Shown one piece after another: positions 33,198 to 42,494 of a stretch of DNA of 55,996 nt. A program made the translations under genes and the position numbers. Location: the NCBI GenBank assembly GCA_023129255.1, contig JAGMCH010000044.1, positions 1 through 55,996 on the forward strand. Direction: 5' to 3'. Source of the DNA: Dehalococcoidales bacterium (GTDB taxonomy: Bacteria > Chloroflexota > Dehalococcoidia > Dehalococcoidales > BS750m-G39). Every line of letters starts with the position of its first letter. Within the stretch, counting starts at the first letter, position 1. The notes beneath the pieces were generated by a model. The model saw only the letters and a program-made list of their open reading frames with translations. It was not told the origin of the DNA and did not search any database.

Positions 33198-35093
33198 TTA
33201 CCCAAAGAAATACAAACAGATAACGATAGCTAAAATACCTATGCCAATAAATAGCCCGTAGAGCTGCAGTTGCCCGGTATGTGCCCGGCGTATGGCTCTA
33301 CCTGTAGCTATAGCCCCACTGGCTACACCATTAACTGCCCCGTCAACACCATAGGTATCAAAACCCTGCAAGCCGGCGAAGAACCCGCCGACCAAAACCT
33401 TGCCCACAAAGACCCTCTCATAGAGTTCGTCAAACCAGTATTTCCTGTAGAACAGGGTATATAGCGGCTTGAATAGACCACCGATGCGCTCCGCCGATAG
33501 CCACTTAGCGCTATACATGGCGTAGGCAAACAGGATGCCCAAGCCAGCCAGTATCAGCGAGAGCCAGGGGAGGGAGTGAGTCAGTATGCCAAAAAAGCCC
33601 TCGGCGAAGCTATGGGTTTCGCCATGACCCATAAAGGCACCGAACTGTCCGGTAACATTCCAGAAACCGGAGACCACCGCCAAGATAGCCAGCACTACCA
33701 TAGGCATAACCATAACCGATGGCGATTCGTGGGGCTTGCCGTGAGCCTCAGCCCCACCCCCGCGATACTCGCCGCCAAAGGTCATAAAGACCACTCGGAA
33801 CATATAGAAGGCGGTCATAAATACCGTTATCATCGCCAGATAGAACAATATCGGCTGATTTTGCAGCGCCGACGCCAGAATCTCGTCCTTGCTCCAGAAT
33901 CCAGCCAGTGGCCAGATTCCGGAAATACTCAACGCAGCAATAAGAAAGGTGGCATAGGTCCAGGGCATAAACTTGCGCAGTCCGCCCATCTCTCGCATAT
34001 CAAATGTCCCCGTGGCATGATTAACACTGCCAGCGCCGAGAAACAGCAGCGCCTTGAAGAAGGCGTGATTGAACAGGTGAAAGATACCAATGGCTATGCC
34101 CCCCGCCCCTAGCCCCAGCATCATATAGCCCAGCTGGCTGATGGTGGAATAAGCCAGCACCCGCTTGATATCGGTCATTACCAGACCCATGGAGGCGGCA
34201 AAGATAGCGGTAAAGCCACCGATGATAGCCACTGTGGTTACTGCCTCAACCGAGTGGGAAAACAGGGGGAAGGTTCTGGCGACCAGAAACACGCCGGCAG
34301 CGACCATGGTGGCGGCATGGATTAGAGCGCTGACCGGGGTCGGACCCTCCATGGCATCGGGCAGCCAGGTATGGAGGGGGAACTGGGCTGACTTGCCCAC
34401 GGCGCCGGCAAAGATACCGATAGCCGCCCAGGTTAAAGTGGTGCCAGCTAGCGCCCCAGTTATTGCCAGTGAATGAAGCTGGCCGATGTCAAAGGTGCCG
34501 GTGTTGAAGTACAGGAGCAATATTGCCGCCAGGAAGCCGAAGTCGCCGAGCCGGGTAACGATAAACGCCTTCTTAGCCGCATCAGCCACCGCCGGACGGT
34601 GGAACCAGAAGCCGATGAGAAGGTAAGAGCATAAGCCGACCATTTCCCAGAAGACATAGACGAAGAGCAGATTGTCGGCCAGAACCAGTCCCAGCATTGA
34701 GGCGGTGAACAGCGACATAAAGGCGAAGTAGCGGTGATAGCCGGGGTCGCCGTGCATATAGCCCTGGGAATAAATCTGTACCATCAGGCTGACCACGGTG
34801 ACCACGATGAGCATCACCACCGTCAGTGAATCAACAATCAGCCCCAGATGGATGGTAATTCCTCCCTCAATAATCACCCAGTTGATATCGGGCACCAGTA
34901 ATGAGTGGCCGGGGGCAGCCATCACCTCCAATAGCGCCCAGACCGAAAGACCAAGGGAGCCGAGCAGCGAGGCGATGGTGATATAGCCACCCAGCTTGGG
35001 CTTATGATTGAGGAAAGGTCTGAGGAATAGCGATATTATGGCAAAGGAGAAAAGTGGTAGTAGAAAAATAAGCCAGACCAACTGATACGGCAT
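33198..35093 (-). CDS. nuoL: NADH-quinone oxidoreductase subunit L
   Basis: 631 aa with the HTWLPDAMEGPTPVSALIHAATMV motif and a long C-terminal extension typical of NuoL. Confidence 0.9.
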   Translation of the reverse strand: MPYQLVWLIFLLPLFSFAIISLFLRPFLNHKPKLGGYITIASLLGSLGLSVWALLEVMAAPGHSLLVPDINWVIIEGGITIHLGLIVDSLTVVMLIVVTVVSLMVQIYSQGYMHGDPGYHRYFAFMSLFTASMLGLVLADNLLFVYVFWEMVGLCSYLLIGFWFHRPAVADAAKKAFIVTRLGDFGFLAAILLLYFNTGTFDIGQLHSLAITGALAGTTLTWAAIGIFAGAVGKSAQFPLHTWLPDAMEGPTPVSALIHAATMVAAGVFLVARTFPLFSHSVEAVTTVAIIGGFTAIFAASMGLVMTDIKRVLAYSTISQLGYMMLGLGAGGIAIGIFHLFNHAFFKALLFLGAGSVNHATGTFDMREMGGLRKFMPWTYATFLIAALSISGIWPLAGFWSKDEILASALQNQPILFYLAMITVFMTAFYMFRVVFMTFGGEYRGGGAEAHGKPHESPSVMVMPMVVLAILAVVSGFWNVTGQFGAFMGHGETHSFAEGFFGILTHSLPWLSLILAGLGILFAYAMYSAKWLSAERIGGLFKPLYTLFYRKYWFDELYERVFVGKVLVGGFFAGLQGFDTYGVDGAVNGVASGAIATGRAIRRAHTGQLQLYGLFIGIGILAIVICLYFFG

Positions 35094-35287
35094 TACAGCT
35101 TCCTCAATACCTCCTGTATCACGTGCTCCTTATCCTGGGGCACCAGGATAGAATAGGTAGCCATTTCCCTGTCCCGGGGCTCACCGGAGGCGGGCAGGAT
35201 GCGGGCGGGTATTCCCTCACCCTCAAACATTTCCTTCCACATCTCAGCCATCATCAGGCTATTTGCTTTTTTAACCTCTATCCACAT
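35093..35287 (-). CDS. DUF2007-like small protein embedded in the nuo operon
   Basis: 64 aa. The pattern (N..MAEMWKEMFEGEGIPARIL...ILVPQDKEHVIQEVL) resembles the putative signal-transducing DUF2007 fold. Its TAA overlaps the nuoL ATG (TAATG). Confidence 0.5.
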   Translation of the reverse strand: MWIEVKKANSLMMAEMWKEMFEGEGIPARILPASGEPRDREMATYSILVPQDKEHVIQEVLRKL

Positions 35288-35307
35288 CTTGGGTCTCCTA
35301 TATTCTT

Positions 35308-35432
35308 TACCACCTCACCCCCTGTATCCCCCGTTTTCAGTTGTCTTTCTTCCCACTCCAGCCCACCCTCATAGGCTTCTCACCCCTCCTAATACACCTC
35401 TAAGGGTGGCGGGTGGGAAAAGATTTAAAATG
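35308..35432. repeat. G-type repeat unit with inverted arms (degenerate)
   Basis: A reverse tail cacctcaccccctgtatcccccgttttcag, then ttcttcccactccagcccaccctcatagg, a centre, and ctaagggtggcgggtgggaaaagattt. Confidence 0.7.
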
Positions 35433-35439
35433 CCCGATT

Positions 35440-35586
35440 TTAGCTCAAGGCCCAACCTAAATATAGCGGCCAAACCACGATGCCCAGAATGATCTTCCAC
35501 CAGACCAGACCGGCAAAGCTGATGGTGAAGAGCCAGCCCATGAACCAGATCATTGCACCCGTTGCACCCGCTGTACCCTTGTTCAT
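35440..35586 (-). CDS. hypothetical 48-aa membrane protein
   Basis: Not in the ORF track because it is under 60 aa: MNKGTAGATGAMIWFMGWLFTISFAGLVWWKIILGIVVWPLYLGWALS. GGAGG lies 7 nt upstream. It starts 13 nt after the nuoK stop. Confidence 0.5.
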   Translation of the reverse strand: MNKGTAGATGAMIWFMGWLFTISFAGLVWWKIILGIVVWPLYLGWALS

Positions 35587-35599
35587 AGTTTTGCCTCCT

Positions 35600-35908
35600 T
35601 TACCATTTCATCAGGTCGATTTTGGTGGCGTCTATAGTCTCGCGGTGGCGATAGATGGCAATTATTATGGCCAAGCCGACGGCTACCTCGGCTGCCGCCA
35701 CCACCATAATGAAAATAACAAACACCTGCCCCGTCAGCAGCAAGGGCACAATATAGCGGGAGAAGGCAACCATGGCGATGTTGACCGCATTGAGCATCAG
35801 CTCGATAGACATCAGGATAACTATGGCGTTGCGCTTAGCCAGGGCGCCATACAGCCCGATGGAGAACAGGACGGCTGATAATATCAGATAGTGCTCCAGA
35901 CCTACCAT
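35600..35908 (-). CDS. nuoK: NADH-quinone oxidoreductase subunit K
   Basis: 102 aa, 3 TM helices, [12 protein letters not shown]...E.M.NA.N motif. Confidence 0.9.
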   Translation of the reverse strand: MVGLEHYLILSAVLFSIGLYGALAKRNAIVILMSIELMLNAVNIAMVAFSRYIVPLLLTGQVFVIFIMVVAAAEVAVGLAIIIAIYRHRETIDATKIDLMKW

Positions 35909-35912
35909 AAAT

Positions 35913-36404
35913 CTACTTCTCCCTCACCAGAACAATAGCCCCTATAATAGCGGCCAGCAAAAGAATGGGGGCAATCTCCACCGGCAGGATAAAACCCCCC
36001 TCACTGAAAAGCAGCCTAGCAATGGCCGGGGTGGTCGGCTCCAGGGGCGGGGTTGACGATACCTGCCAGGTGGTATTAAGCAGGGCATAAGCCACCCCGC
36101 CGAAGAATAATATGGCGACCAAGAAAGCGGGGAGGCGGAGCCGGTTAGACGGGCTACCCCGCTGGACATCCCGGGTCAGCATAATAGCCAGAATAATCAA
36201 CACCGATATGGCGCCGACATAAATCAGAATCTGCACTGCCGCCAGAAAGTCGGCACTGAGGGTGATATAGATTCCAGCCACCGTCAGGAAGCAAAGAACC
36301 AGAGACAGGGCGGCTCGGAAAACATCACCCAGCAAGACCACGGCTAAAGCAGCTATTACACCTACTACCGCCAGTATCCAGAAGGCAATGTCAAGTCCTA
36401 TCAC
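35913..36404 (-). CDS. nuoJ: NADH-quinone oxidoreductase subunit J
   Basis: 163-aa hydrophobic protein, positioned between nuoI and nuoK. Confidence 0.85.
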   Translation of the reverse strand: MIGLDIAFWILAVVGVIAALAVVLLGDVFRAALSLVLCFLTVAGIYITLSADFLAAVQILIYVGAISVLIILAIMLTRDVQRGSPSNRLRLPAFLVAILFFGGVAYALLNTTWQVSSTPPLEPTTPAIARLLFSEGGFILPVEIAPILLLAAIIGAIVLVREK

Positions 36405-36898
36405 CTTTTCCCCCTATCCTTATCCAGAAGCAGGGTCTGCTTAGGCAGGGTGGCTGCAATTTCAGGATGGGCATAGCCGCTTGGTTTCCTCTCATCCGAT
36501 GCCAACAAACCCTCCTCAGCCAGTACCAGTTCACCTCGCCGATACCTGGCTCGCTCGTAGGCATAGCCCATAAACAAAGCCTCGTAAGGGCAAGCCTCAA
36601 CGCACAAGCCACAAAAGATGCAGTAGCCGGTATCCACCTCAAATTTCTCTACCTTGTATTTATTCTCCTCGATACTAACCGAAGTGACAATGTGAATAAC
36701 ACCCTGAGGGCAGGTCTTGGCACAGGTAGCACAACCAGTGCACTTCTCCCTGTCCCAGATAAGCTCATTACCCCGAATCCGGCGTGAAGTATTAAGCCTC
36801 TGCTCGGGATATTGGGTGGTTACCGGACGCCTGAGCAGGTGCCTTATCGTCACCGATAAGCCCTTGGCGATGCCTATTCCGTAACGCTCAAACTTCAA
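36401..36898 (-). CDS. nuoI: NADH-quinone oxidoreductase subunit I
   Basis: Two 4Fe-4S motifs, CTGCATCAKTCP and CIFCGLCVEACP. Confidence 0.9.
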   Translation of the reverse strand: MKFERYGIGIAKGLSVTIRHLLRRPVTTQYPEQRLNTSRRIRGNELIWDREKCTGCATCAKTCPQGVIHIVTSVSIEENKYKVEKFEVDTGYCIFCGLCVEACPYEALFMGYAYERARYRRGELVLAEEGLLASDERKPSGYAHPEIAATLPKQTLLLDKDRGKR

Positions 36899-37976
36899 CT
36901 TTACCCCAGCCTAACTTAAAGAATCTTGACCACAAAAGCACCAGGACTATCATGACAGCGATGTTAATCGGCACCAGCACCCAGAGTGAACCCGCCGGCC
37001 AGACCAGTATCTCCACGGCGGTGATAATCAGATTTATCAGGGCTAAGGGAAAGAGGAATTTCCAGGCCAGCGCCATTAACTGGTCAATCCTAATCCGGGG
37101 TACCGTGGTTCTTATCCAGACTATGACAAAGAATACCAAGATGACCTTAATCAAAAACCAGAGCCACGGAAGCAATAGTGGACCTCTCCAGCCGCCGAGA
37201 AAGAGGGTGGTGACAATGGCCGAAATAGCCAGAGCTTCACCGTATTCTACCAGATAGAACAGGGCAAATTTCATTCCCGAGTATTCAGTGTGAAAGCCGG
37301 CGACAATCTCAGAGTCAGCCTCCATGAGGTCAAAGGGGGCGCGGTTAATCTCAGCCAGGGCGCCGATGAAGAAGAGTAAAAAGCCCAGCGGCTGTAACAG
37401 GATGAAGGGGATATCCTGAGCCATCACTATCTGCTGCATGGATAACGAGCCAGCCAGCAGAACCACACCGACAATTGATAATACCACTGGAATCTCGTAG
37501 CTCACCACCGAGGCTACCTGGCGCATGGCGCCAAGGAGGGAATACTTGTTATTGGAAGCCCACCCCGCCATAAATACCCCCACCGTCGTCACCGAGCTGA
37601 TGGCCACTATATAAAGGATGCCGATATTGAGGTCAGCCAGTATTGCCCCACCCTGGAAGGGCACTACAGCAAAAATCATCAATGCCGGGACAAAGGCAAC
37701 CACCGGTGCCAGCCAGTGAACCACTTTATCACCTTTCGCCGGAACAATGTCTTCCTTGAGCATTACCTTAATGCCATCGGCTACCGGCTGGAGAACACCG
37801 AAGGGACCGGCGCGGTTGGGTCCGAGCCGCGCCTGCATAATCGCCATCGCCCGGCGCTCAAACCAGATAAACCCCATTATCGTAGCCATAACAAAAACAA
37901 AGATGACGACGACAAATACCCCCCAGTGGAGCCAGAAACCACCGGGCCAGTCAGGAGGTAACGCTGCCATGGTCAT
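36888..37976 (-). CDS. nuoH: NADH-quinone oxidoreductase subunit H
   Basis: FERRAMAIMQARLGPNRAGPFGVLQPVADGIK motif, 8 TM helices. Confidence 0.9.
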   Translation of the reverse strand: MTMAALPPDWPGGFWLHWGVFVVVIFVFVMATIMGFIWFERRAMAIMQARLGPNRAGPFGVLQPVADGIKVMLKEDIVPAKGDKVVHWLAPVVAFVPALMIFAVVPFQGGAILADLNIGILYIVAISSVTTVGVFMAGWASNNKYSLLGAMRQVASVVSYEIPVVLSIVGVVLLAGSLSMQQIVMAQDIPFILLQPLGFLLFFIGALAEINRAPFDLMEADSEIVAGFHTEYSGMKFALFYLVEYGEALAISAIVTTLFLGGWRGPLLLPWLWFLIKVILVFFVIVWIRTTVPRIRIDQLMALAWKFLFPLALINLIITAVEILVWPAGSLWVLVPINIAVMIVLVLLWSRFFKLGWGKVEV

Positions 37977-39079
37977 TATCTATCTACCTCACCCATACAG
38001 ATATCAATGCTGCCGAAGATGATTATAAGGTCGGCTACCTTCCACCCCACCATCATATCGCGGAGAGCCGTCAGGTTAATCAGGGTCGGCGCCCGAACAT
38101 GGAAGCGGTAGGGGGCAATGGAGTTATCCGAAACCAGATAGAAGCCCAGCTCTCCCTTGGGGGCTTCAATATGCCCGTAGGCTTCCCCTACTGGCGGGCG
38201 AATTAGATGAGGCACATCGCTCCTTACTTCGCCCTTAGGCAACTGCTCCATTGCCTGCTTTAAGATGCGCAGGCTCTGCTGCATCTCTTCAATCCTAACC
38301 CGGTAGCGGTCATAACAATCGCCCACGCTGCCGGTGGGGATATCAAATTCAAAGCGGTCATAAATGGAGTACGGGTCGGCGCGGCGGATGTCCCACTTAA
38401 CCCCGCTGGCCCGAAACACCGGACCGCTGGCGGAAGTATTGACGGCTAATTCTCTGGGCAGGATGCCAACACCCTTGGACCGCGCCAGCAGTATCTCGTT
38501 TTCTTTGAGCAGACGGTCATACTCGTCAATCCAGCCCGGCATCTCCTTGAGGAATTTATCCAGAGCAGGTAAGAATTCATCGGGAATATCCTGGCTAACT
38601 CCACCCACCCGCATATAGTTATAGGTCAGGCGCTGACCGCAGACCATCTCAAACAGGTCTAAAATCTTCTCCCTTTCCCGAATCATATACAGGATAGGAG
38701 TCATAAAGGCACCACAATCATTTAAGAAAGAACCCACCGCTATCAGGTGACTGGCGATGCGCTGCAGTTCGGCCATAATCACCCGGATGTATTCCGCCCG
38801 CTCCGGGACCGGAATCCCGGCCAGCTTCTCCACGGCTAAGCAATAAGCCAGGTTGTTGCTCATTGAAGCCAGATAGTCCAGCCGGTCGGTAAGCGGAATG
38901 CAGCCGGTATAGGTCCGCTCCTCAGCCAGCTTCTCAATCCCGCGGTGGAGATAACCAAAGACGGGCTCCATATCCACAATGACTTCCCCGTCAAGGGTGG
39001 TCCTCATCCGGAACACCCCGTGGGTGCTGGGGTGGGCCGGACCGATATTAACGACAAAGGGTTCAGTTTTAATTACCAT
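37976..39079 (-). CDS. nuoD: NADH-quinone oxidoreductase subunit D
   Basis: [12 protein letters not shown] near the N-terminus and a C-terminal [12 protein letters not shown]. Confidence 0.9.
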   Translation of the reverse strand: MVIKTEPFVVNIGPAHPSTHGVFRMRTTLDGEVIVDMEPVFGYLHRGIEKLAEERTYTGCIPLTDRLDYLASMSNNLAYCLAVEKLAGIPVPERAEYIRVIMAELQRIASHLIAVGSFLNDCGAFMTPILYMIREREKILDLFEMVCGQRLTYNYMRVGGVSQDIPDEFLPALDKFLKEMPGWIDEYDRLLKENEILLARSKGVGILPRELAVNTSASGPVFRASGVKWDIRRADPYSIYDRFEFDIPTGSVGDCYDRYRVRIEEMQQSLRILKQAMEQLPKGEVRSDVPHLIRPPVGEAYGHIEAPKGELGFYLVSDNSIAPYRFHVRAPTLINLTALRDMMVGWKVADLIIIFGSIDICMGEVDR

Positions 39080-39519
39080 CGCCGATAATCCTTGCGTAGT
39101 GGATGCCCCTCAAACCCCTCCCAGAGGACAATGCGCTTTAGATTGGGGTGCCCGTCAAAACTAATCCCCATAAGGTCGTAAATCTCCCTCTCCTGAAAAT
39201 CGGCTCCCCGCCACAGGCTGACCACCGAGGGCAGGGTGGGGTTATCCCGACCATAACATCGGGTCTTTACCACCAGACTGTGGTTATGCTTAATTGAGGT
39301 TAGCTGATAGACCACCTCAAAGTAGTCATAGTAATCAACAGCGGTAATGGCGGTGAGGTAATCAAAATCAAGCCCGGCGGTGGTCTTTAAGTAACTGGCT
39401 ATCTCCAGCCATGATCCACTTTTGACCAGCAGGCTATCTGCTCCCGATTCGACAACGCTCCCCGGGAATTTCTCCTCTAGTCTGGCGGCTATTTCCTCAC
39501 CAGAAAGGGCTACCGTCAT
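39073..39519 (-). CDS. nuoC: NADH-quinone oxidoreductase subunit C
   Basis: 148 aa. [19 protein letters not shown] motif. Confidence 0.9.
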   Translation of the reverse strand: MTVALSGEEIAARLEEKFPGSVVESGADSLLVKSGSWLEIASYLKTTAGLDFDYLTAITAVDYYDYFEVVYQLTSIKHNHSLVVKTRCYGRDNPTLPSVVSLWRGADFQEREIYDLMGISFDGHPNLKRIVLWEGFEGHPLRKDYRRW

Positions 39520-39522
39520 CCT

Positions 39523-40113
39523 CTACTTACCTTCCGCAGCGATACTCATTTTGGATATCTTATGATGCAGCATCCTTATGCCGTAAACCAGGGCTTCGGG
39601 GCGGGGGGGACACCCAGGGATATAGACATCAACCGGGATTATGCGGTTATATCCCGGAACCACACTATAAGACGAACGGAAAATGCCGCCGCTGATAGCG
39701 CACGCCCCCATGGCTATCACCCACTTCGGCTCCGCCATCTGGTCGTAGATTCGTTTTACCTGGGGCGCCATCTTCCAGGTCAAGGTGCCGGCGGTAATCA
39801 TCAGGTCAGCCTGGCGCGGCGAGGCACGGACGATTTCCATACCGAAGCGGGAGAGGTCAAACCGAGATGCCTCGGTAGTGATAAATTCAAAGGCGCAGCA
39901 GGCAGGAAAACAAACCACCGGCCAGAGGGAAGAGCGCCGTGCCCAGTCAAGCATGGCATCCACCGAGGTCAGCAGAATATTGCGCTTGAGTTCCTCATCC
40001 AGCCACTGGTCGGGGTCGGGAATAGGCTCTTGAGAGCGGGCGATAAGCTCGTTTATCGCTTTGCCCTCTTTCCTATCAAGCTCGCTACTGGAATAAACCT
40101 CTTCTACTTCCAT
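39523..40113 (-). CDS. nuoB: NADH-quinone oxidoreductase subunit B (with about a 45-aa N-terminal extension)
   Basis: SLWP..F..ACC..E, GACAISGG and PGCPPRPE cluster-N2 ligand motifs. Confidence 0.9.
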   Translation of the reverse strand: MEVEEVYSSSELDRKEGKAINELIARSQEPIPDPDQWLDEELKRNILLTSVDAMLDWARRSSLWPVVCFPACCAFEFITTEASRFDLSRFGMEIVRASPRQADLMITAGTLTWKMAPQVKRIYDQMAEPKWVIAMGACAISGGIFRSSYSVVPGYNRIIPVDVYIPGCPPRPEALVYGIRMLHHKISKMSIAAEGK

Positions 40114-40580
40114 TCCAGGACCTTCTTCCTCCAGGCATAGATATAGCCGATAACAATAATGAAGATAAAAACCAACGCCGCTATAAGGCCGAAAAGACCC
40201 AGCCCTCTCAGTTCAACCGCCCACGGGTAGAGGAAAACAACCAGCACGTCAAGGGCGATAAAGACCAGAGCATAAAAATAATAGCGGAAATTAAACCGAA
40301 CCCACGCCGTGCCTATGGTCTCCATGCCACACTCAAAGGTGGAGCTTTTCACCGGATTGGGGTTATAGGGAACAACCTGCATGAATCTGGGGAATTTGGG
40401 GAGGGGGGGGATGAATCTGACCAGGAAGGGATAATGAGTCTCAAGATACTGGGTAAAGCGGCGGAAATATATAACCAGACGGCTCGGGAAACTGAGAAAA
40501 AAGGGGAGAAGAAGAGTGGTAACGGCAAAAAAAATGGCAACTACCAGAAGTAAGCCGATGTAGCCATAGTCTGCCAGCAA
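40104..40580 (-). CDS. nuoA: NADH-quinone oxidoreductase subunit A (long loop variant)
   Basis: FECG motif and 3 TM helices. 158 aa, about 35 aa longer than typical in the loop after TM1. TTG start. Confidence 0.85.
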   Translation of the reverse strand: MLADYGYIGLLLVVAIFFAVTTLLLPFFLSFPSRLVIYFRRFTQYLETHYPFLVRFIPPLPKFPRFMQVVPYNPNPVKSSTFECGMETIGTAWVRFNFRYYFYALVFIALDVLVVFLYPWAVELRGLGLFGLIAALVFIFIIVIGYIYAWRKKVLEWK

Positions 40581-40614
40581 GTATCTGCCTCCCTATCTCA
40601 CAATGACGGCTATC

Positions 40615-40644
40615 AGTATATCACAGTTGACTTTTTCAGGGCAA
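40615..40644 (-). promoter_or_regulatory. candidate promoter of the nuo operon (TTGCCC-18-TGaTATACT)
   Basis: On the minus strand, ttgccc at 40644..40639 and an extended -10 tgatatact ending at 40615. GGGAGG SD and TTG start about 30 nt downstream. Confidence 0.35.
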
Positions 40645-40685
40645 GAGGTTTGGACATTGGAAAGTAAGTTTTGACTTAAGTAATT

Positions 40686-40822
40686 TCACCCTATAGGGGT
40701 TGGCACCCCTCTTAAACATCCCCTAAGGTGGAGATAAAAGCAAAGCCTTATAGAGCGGGAGGAAAACTTAATGGGTGGGAGGGTGGGAAAAAAGAGATAA
40801 TTTAAAAGTGGGGGGTGGGGAC
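40686..40822 (+). repeat. G-type repeat unit (left arm truncated) with tail
   Basis: tttcaccctataggggttggcacccctcttaaacatcccc...caaagccttatagagcggga...GGGTGGGAGGGTGGGaaaaaag...aaaagtggggggtgggg is homologous to 46793..46907. Confidence 0.8.
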
Positions 40823-40915
40823 AATGCCGCCCATATTGACCTTATCCCAATAACCAAATATCATAATGAATTGACAATATAGGCTAAAACTGGCTATTAT
40901 CCAGGAGCAAGATAG

Positions 40916-41473
40916 ATGATACGAGTCATTGCTGGCAGGGCAAAAGGACACCGACTTAAAGTACCCAAGGGGACTCCCACCCGCCCGGCGACAGATTTAG
41001 TCCGGGGGGCAATCTTCTCCATCCTGGAAACTGCCACCAGCGATTGGTTACGAGTGCTCGACCTGTTCGCTGGTAGCGGAGCCCTGGGTATTGAGGCTTT
41101 GTCTCGTGGTGCCGATTGGGTTGACTTTGTTGAACAGGAGCCGCGATGTTGTAGTATAATCAGGCAAAATTTGGAAAAGACAAAGCTTGCCGACCAAGCT
41201 CACGTTTATTGCTGTAGCGTGGCTAAAGCGCTCTCCTTTCTTGAGGAGGAGTATAGCATTATACTGATAGACCCGCCATATTCTGATGCGTCTATAGGCA
41301 GCCTGGTACAGCAACTGGCAACCTCTAAACTGGTCGGGAAAGAGTCAATCGTAGTGGTGACGCACTCCCCCCACCTCTCCCTAGAACCAACCTATGCCCC
41401 ATTACATAGGCTAAAGGAGCGTCGCCATGGCGATAGTTGCATCGCAATATACCAAAAGGAGGACAAGTCTTGA
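40916..41473 (+). CDS. rsmD: 16S rRNA (guanine966-N2)-methyltransferase
   Basis: RVIAGRAKG..L......TRPATDLVRGAIFSIL, LDLFAGSGALGIEALSRGA and IDPPY motifs. Confidence 0.85.
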   Translation: MIRVIAGRAKGHRLKVPKGTPTRPATDLVRGAIFSILETATSDWLRVLDLFAGSGALGIEALSRGADWVDFVEQEPRCCSIIRQNLEKTKLADQAHVYCCSVAKALSFLEEEYSIILIDPPYSDASIGSLVQQLATSKLVGKESIVVVTHSPHLSLEPTYAPLHRLKERRHGDSCIAIYQKEDKS

Positions 41474-41955
41474 GCATTGCTATCTACCCGGGCAGCTTCG
41501 ACCCAATGACCAACGGGCATCTTGATATCGCCACCAGGGCAGCCAAGCTCTTTGACAAGCTAATCATCGGTGTCTATGAAAACCCAAATAAGCCCATTCT
41601 ATTCTCTACCGAAGAGAGGGCGGAACTAATCAGGCAAGCCGTAGCCCACCTGCCCAATGTTGAAGTGCAGTCCTTCGGCAGGCTGACCGTTGATTTTGCC
41701 AAGAAGGTAAAGGCAAAGGCTATGGTGCGGGGCTTAAGAATGAGTGCCGACTTTGAGCGGGAATTTGATATGGCAATGATGACCAAGAAGCTATACCCTG
41801 AACTGGAGTTCGTCTGCCTGATGTCAAGGGTGGAATACCAGTTTCTCAGCTCCAGCCTGCTCAAGGAGGCAGCTAGCCTGGGCGGCGATATTGACGACCT
41901 CGTCCCCAAGCCGGTGGCTTCAGCCTTAAAGAAGAAGTTTCAGAGCCAAGCCTAA
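41470..41955 (+). CDS. coaD: phosphopantetheine adenylyltransferase
   Basis: IAIYPGSFDPMTNGHLDI motif. ORF-track start is 41437, but the TTG at 41470 has GGAGG 9 nt upstream and overlaps the rsmD TGA. Confidence 0.9.
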   Translation: MSIAIYPGSFDPMTNGHLDIATRAAKLFDKLIIGVYENPNKPILFSTEERAELIRQAVAHLPNVEVQSFGRLTVDFAKKVKAKAMVRGLRMSADFEREFDMAMMTKKLYPELEFVCLMSRVEYQFLSSSLLKEAASLGGDIDDLVPKPVASALKKKFQSQA

Positions 41956-41958
41956 CCC

Positions 41959-42447
41959 TCACTGGAAGAAAGAGCGCACGGCGTCAAACTCAGCGGGAAG
42001 TAGCGCCAGCACCATAGGGAAGCGGTCCAGTAATATTGGGGCCAGGGTTGACCCAATAATAGCCCCGCCAGCACCTAAAAACTTGGCCCACATGGCTAAA
42101 AGGGCGCCACAGAATATAGCCCCCAGCACCAGACCAAAGACAGCGCCACCGATGTGATTGACCCAGCCCAGCTTCACCAGCGAGAAAGCCCACTTCAACA
42201 ACACCGTCAGCAGAATAGCAATTGCCATCACCCCAACCAGGATGATGGCAAAGGCAACAACCTCAGCTACACCCTCCCCAGGAATGAAGGACAGCAGCTG
42301 GGAAAAGGGGATATAGTAGCGCCCGGCCAGGATTACGCCAACGATTATCCCCGCCAGGGACAAGGCAGCTCCAATAAGCCCAACCGTTAGTCCCAGGAAG
42401 GTGGAAACAGCTATTACTACCAGAATAACGATATCAAGCCAGTTCAT
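41959..42447 (-). CDS. cvpA: CvpA family membrane protein
   Basis: MNWLDIVILVVIAVSTFLGL..G N-terminus, 4 TM helices. Confidence 0.75.
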   Translation of the reverse strand: MNWLDIVILVVIAVSTFLGLTVGLIGAALSLAGIIVGVILAGRYYIPFSQLLSFIPGEGVAEVVAFAIILVGVMAIAILLTVLLKWAFSLVKLGWVNHIGGAVFGLVLGAIFCGALLAMWAKFLGAGGAIIGSTLAPILLDRFPMVLALLPAEFDAVRSFFQ

Positions 42448-42494
42448 AAATCTACGTCATCCATAGTGCGAGGATGGCAACTAGGCGCTACTAC

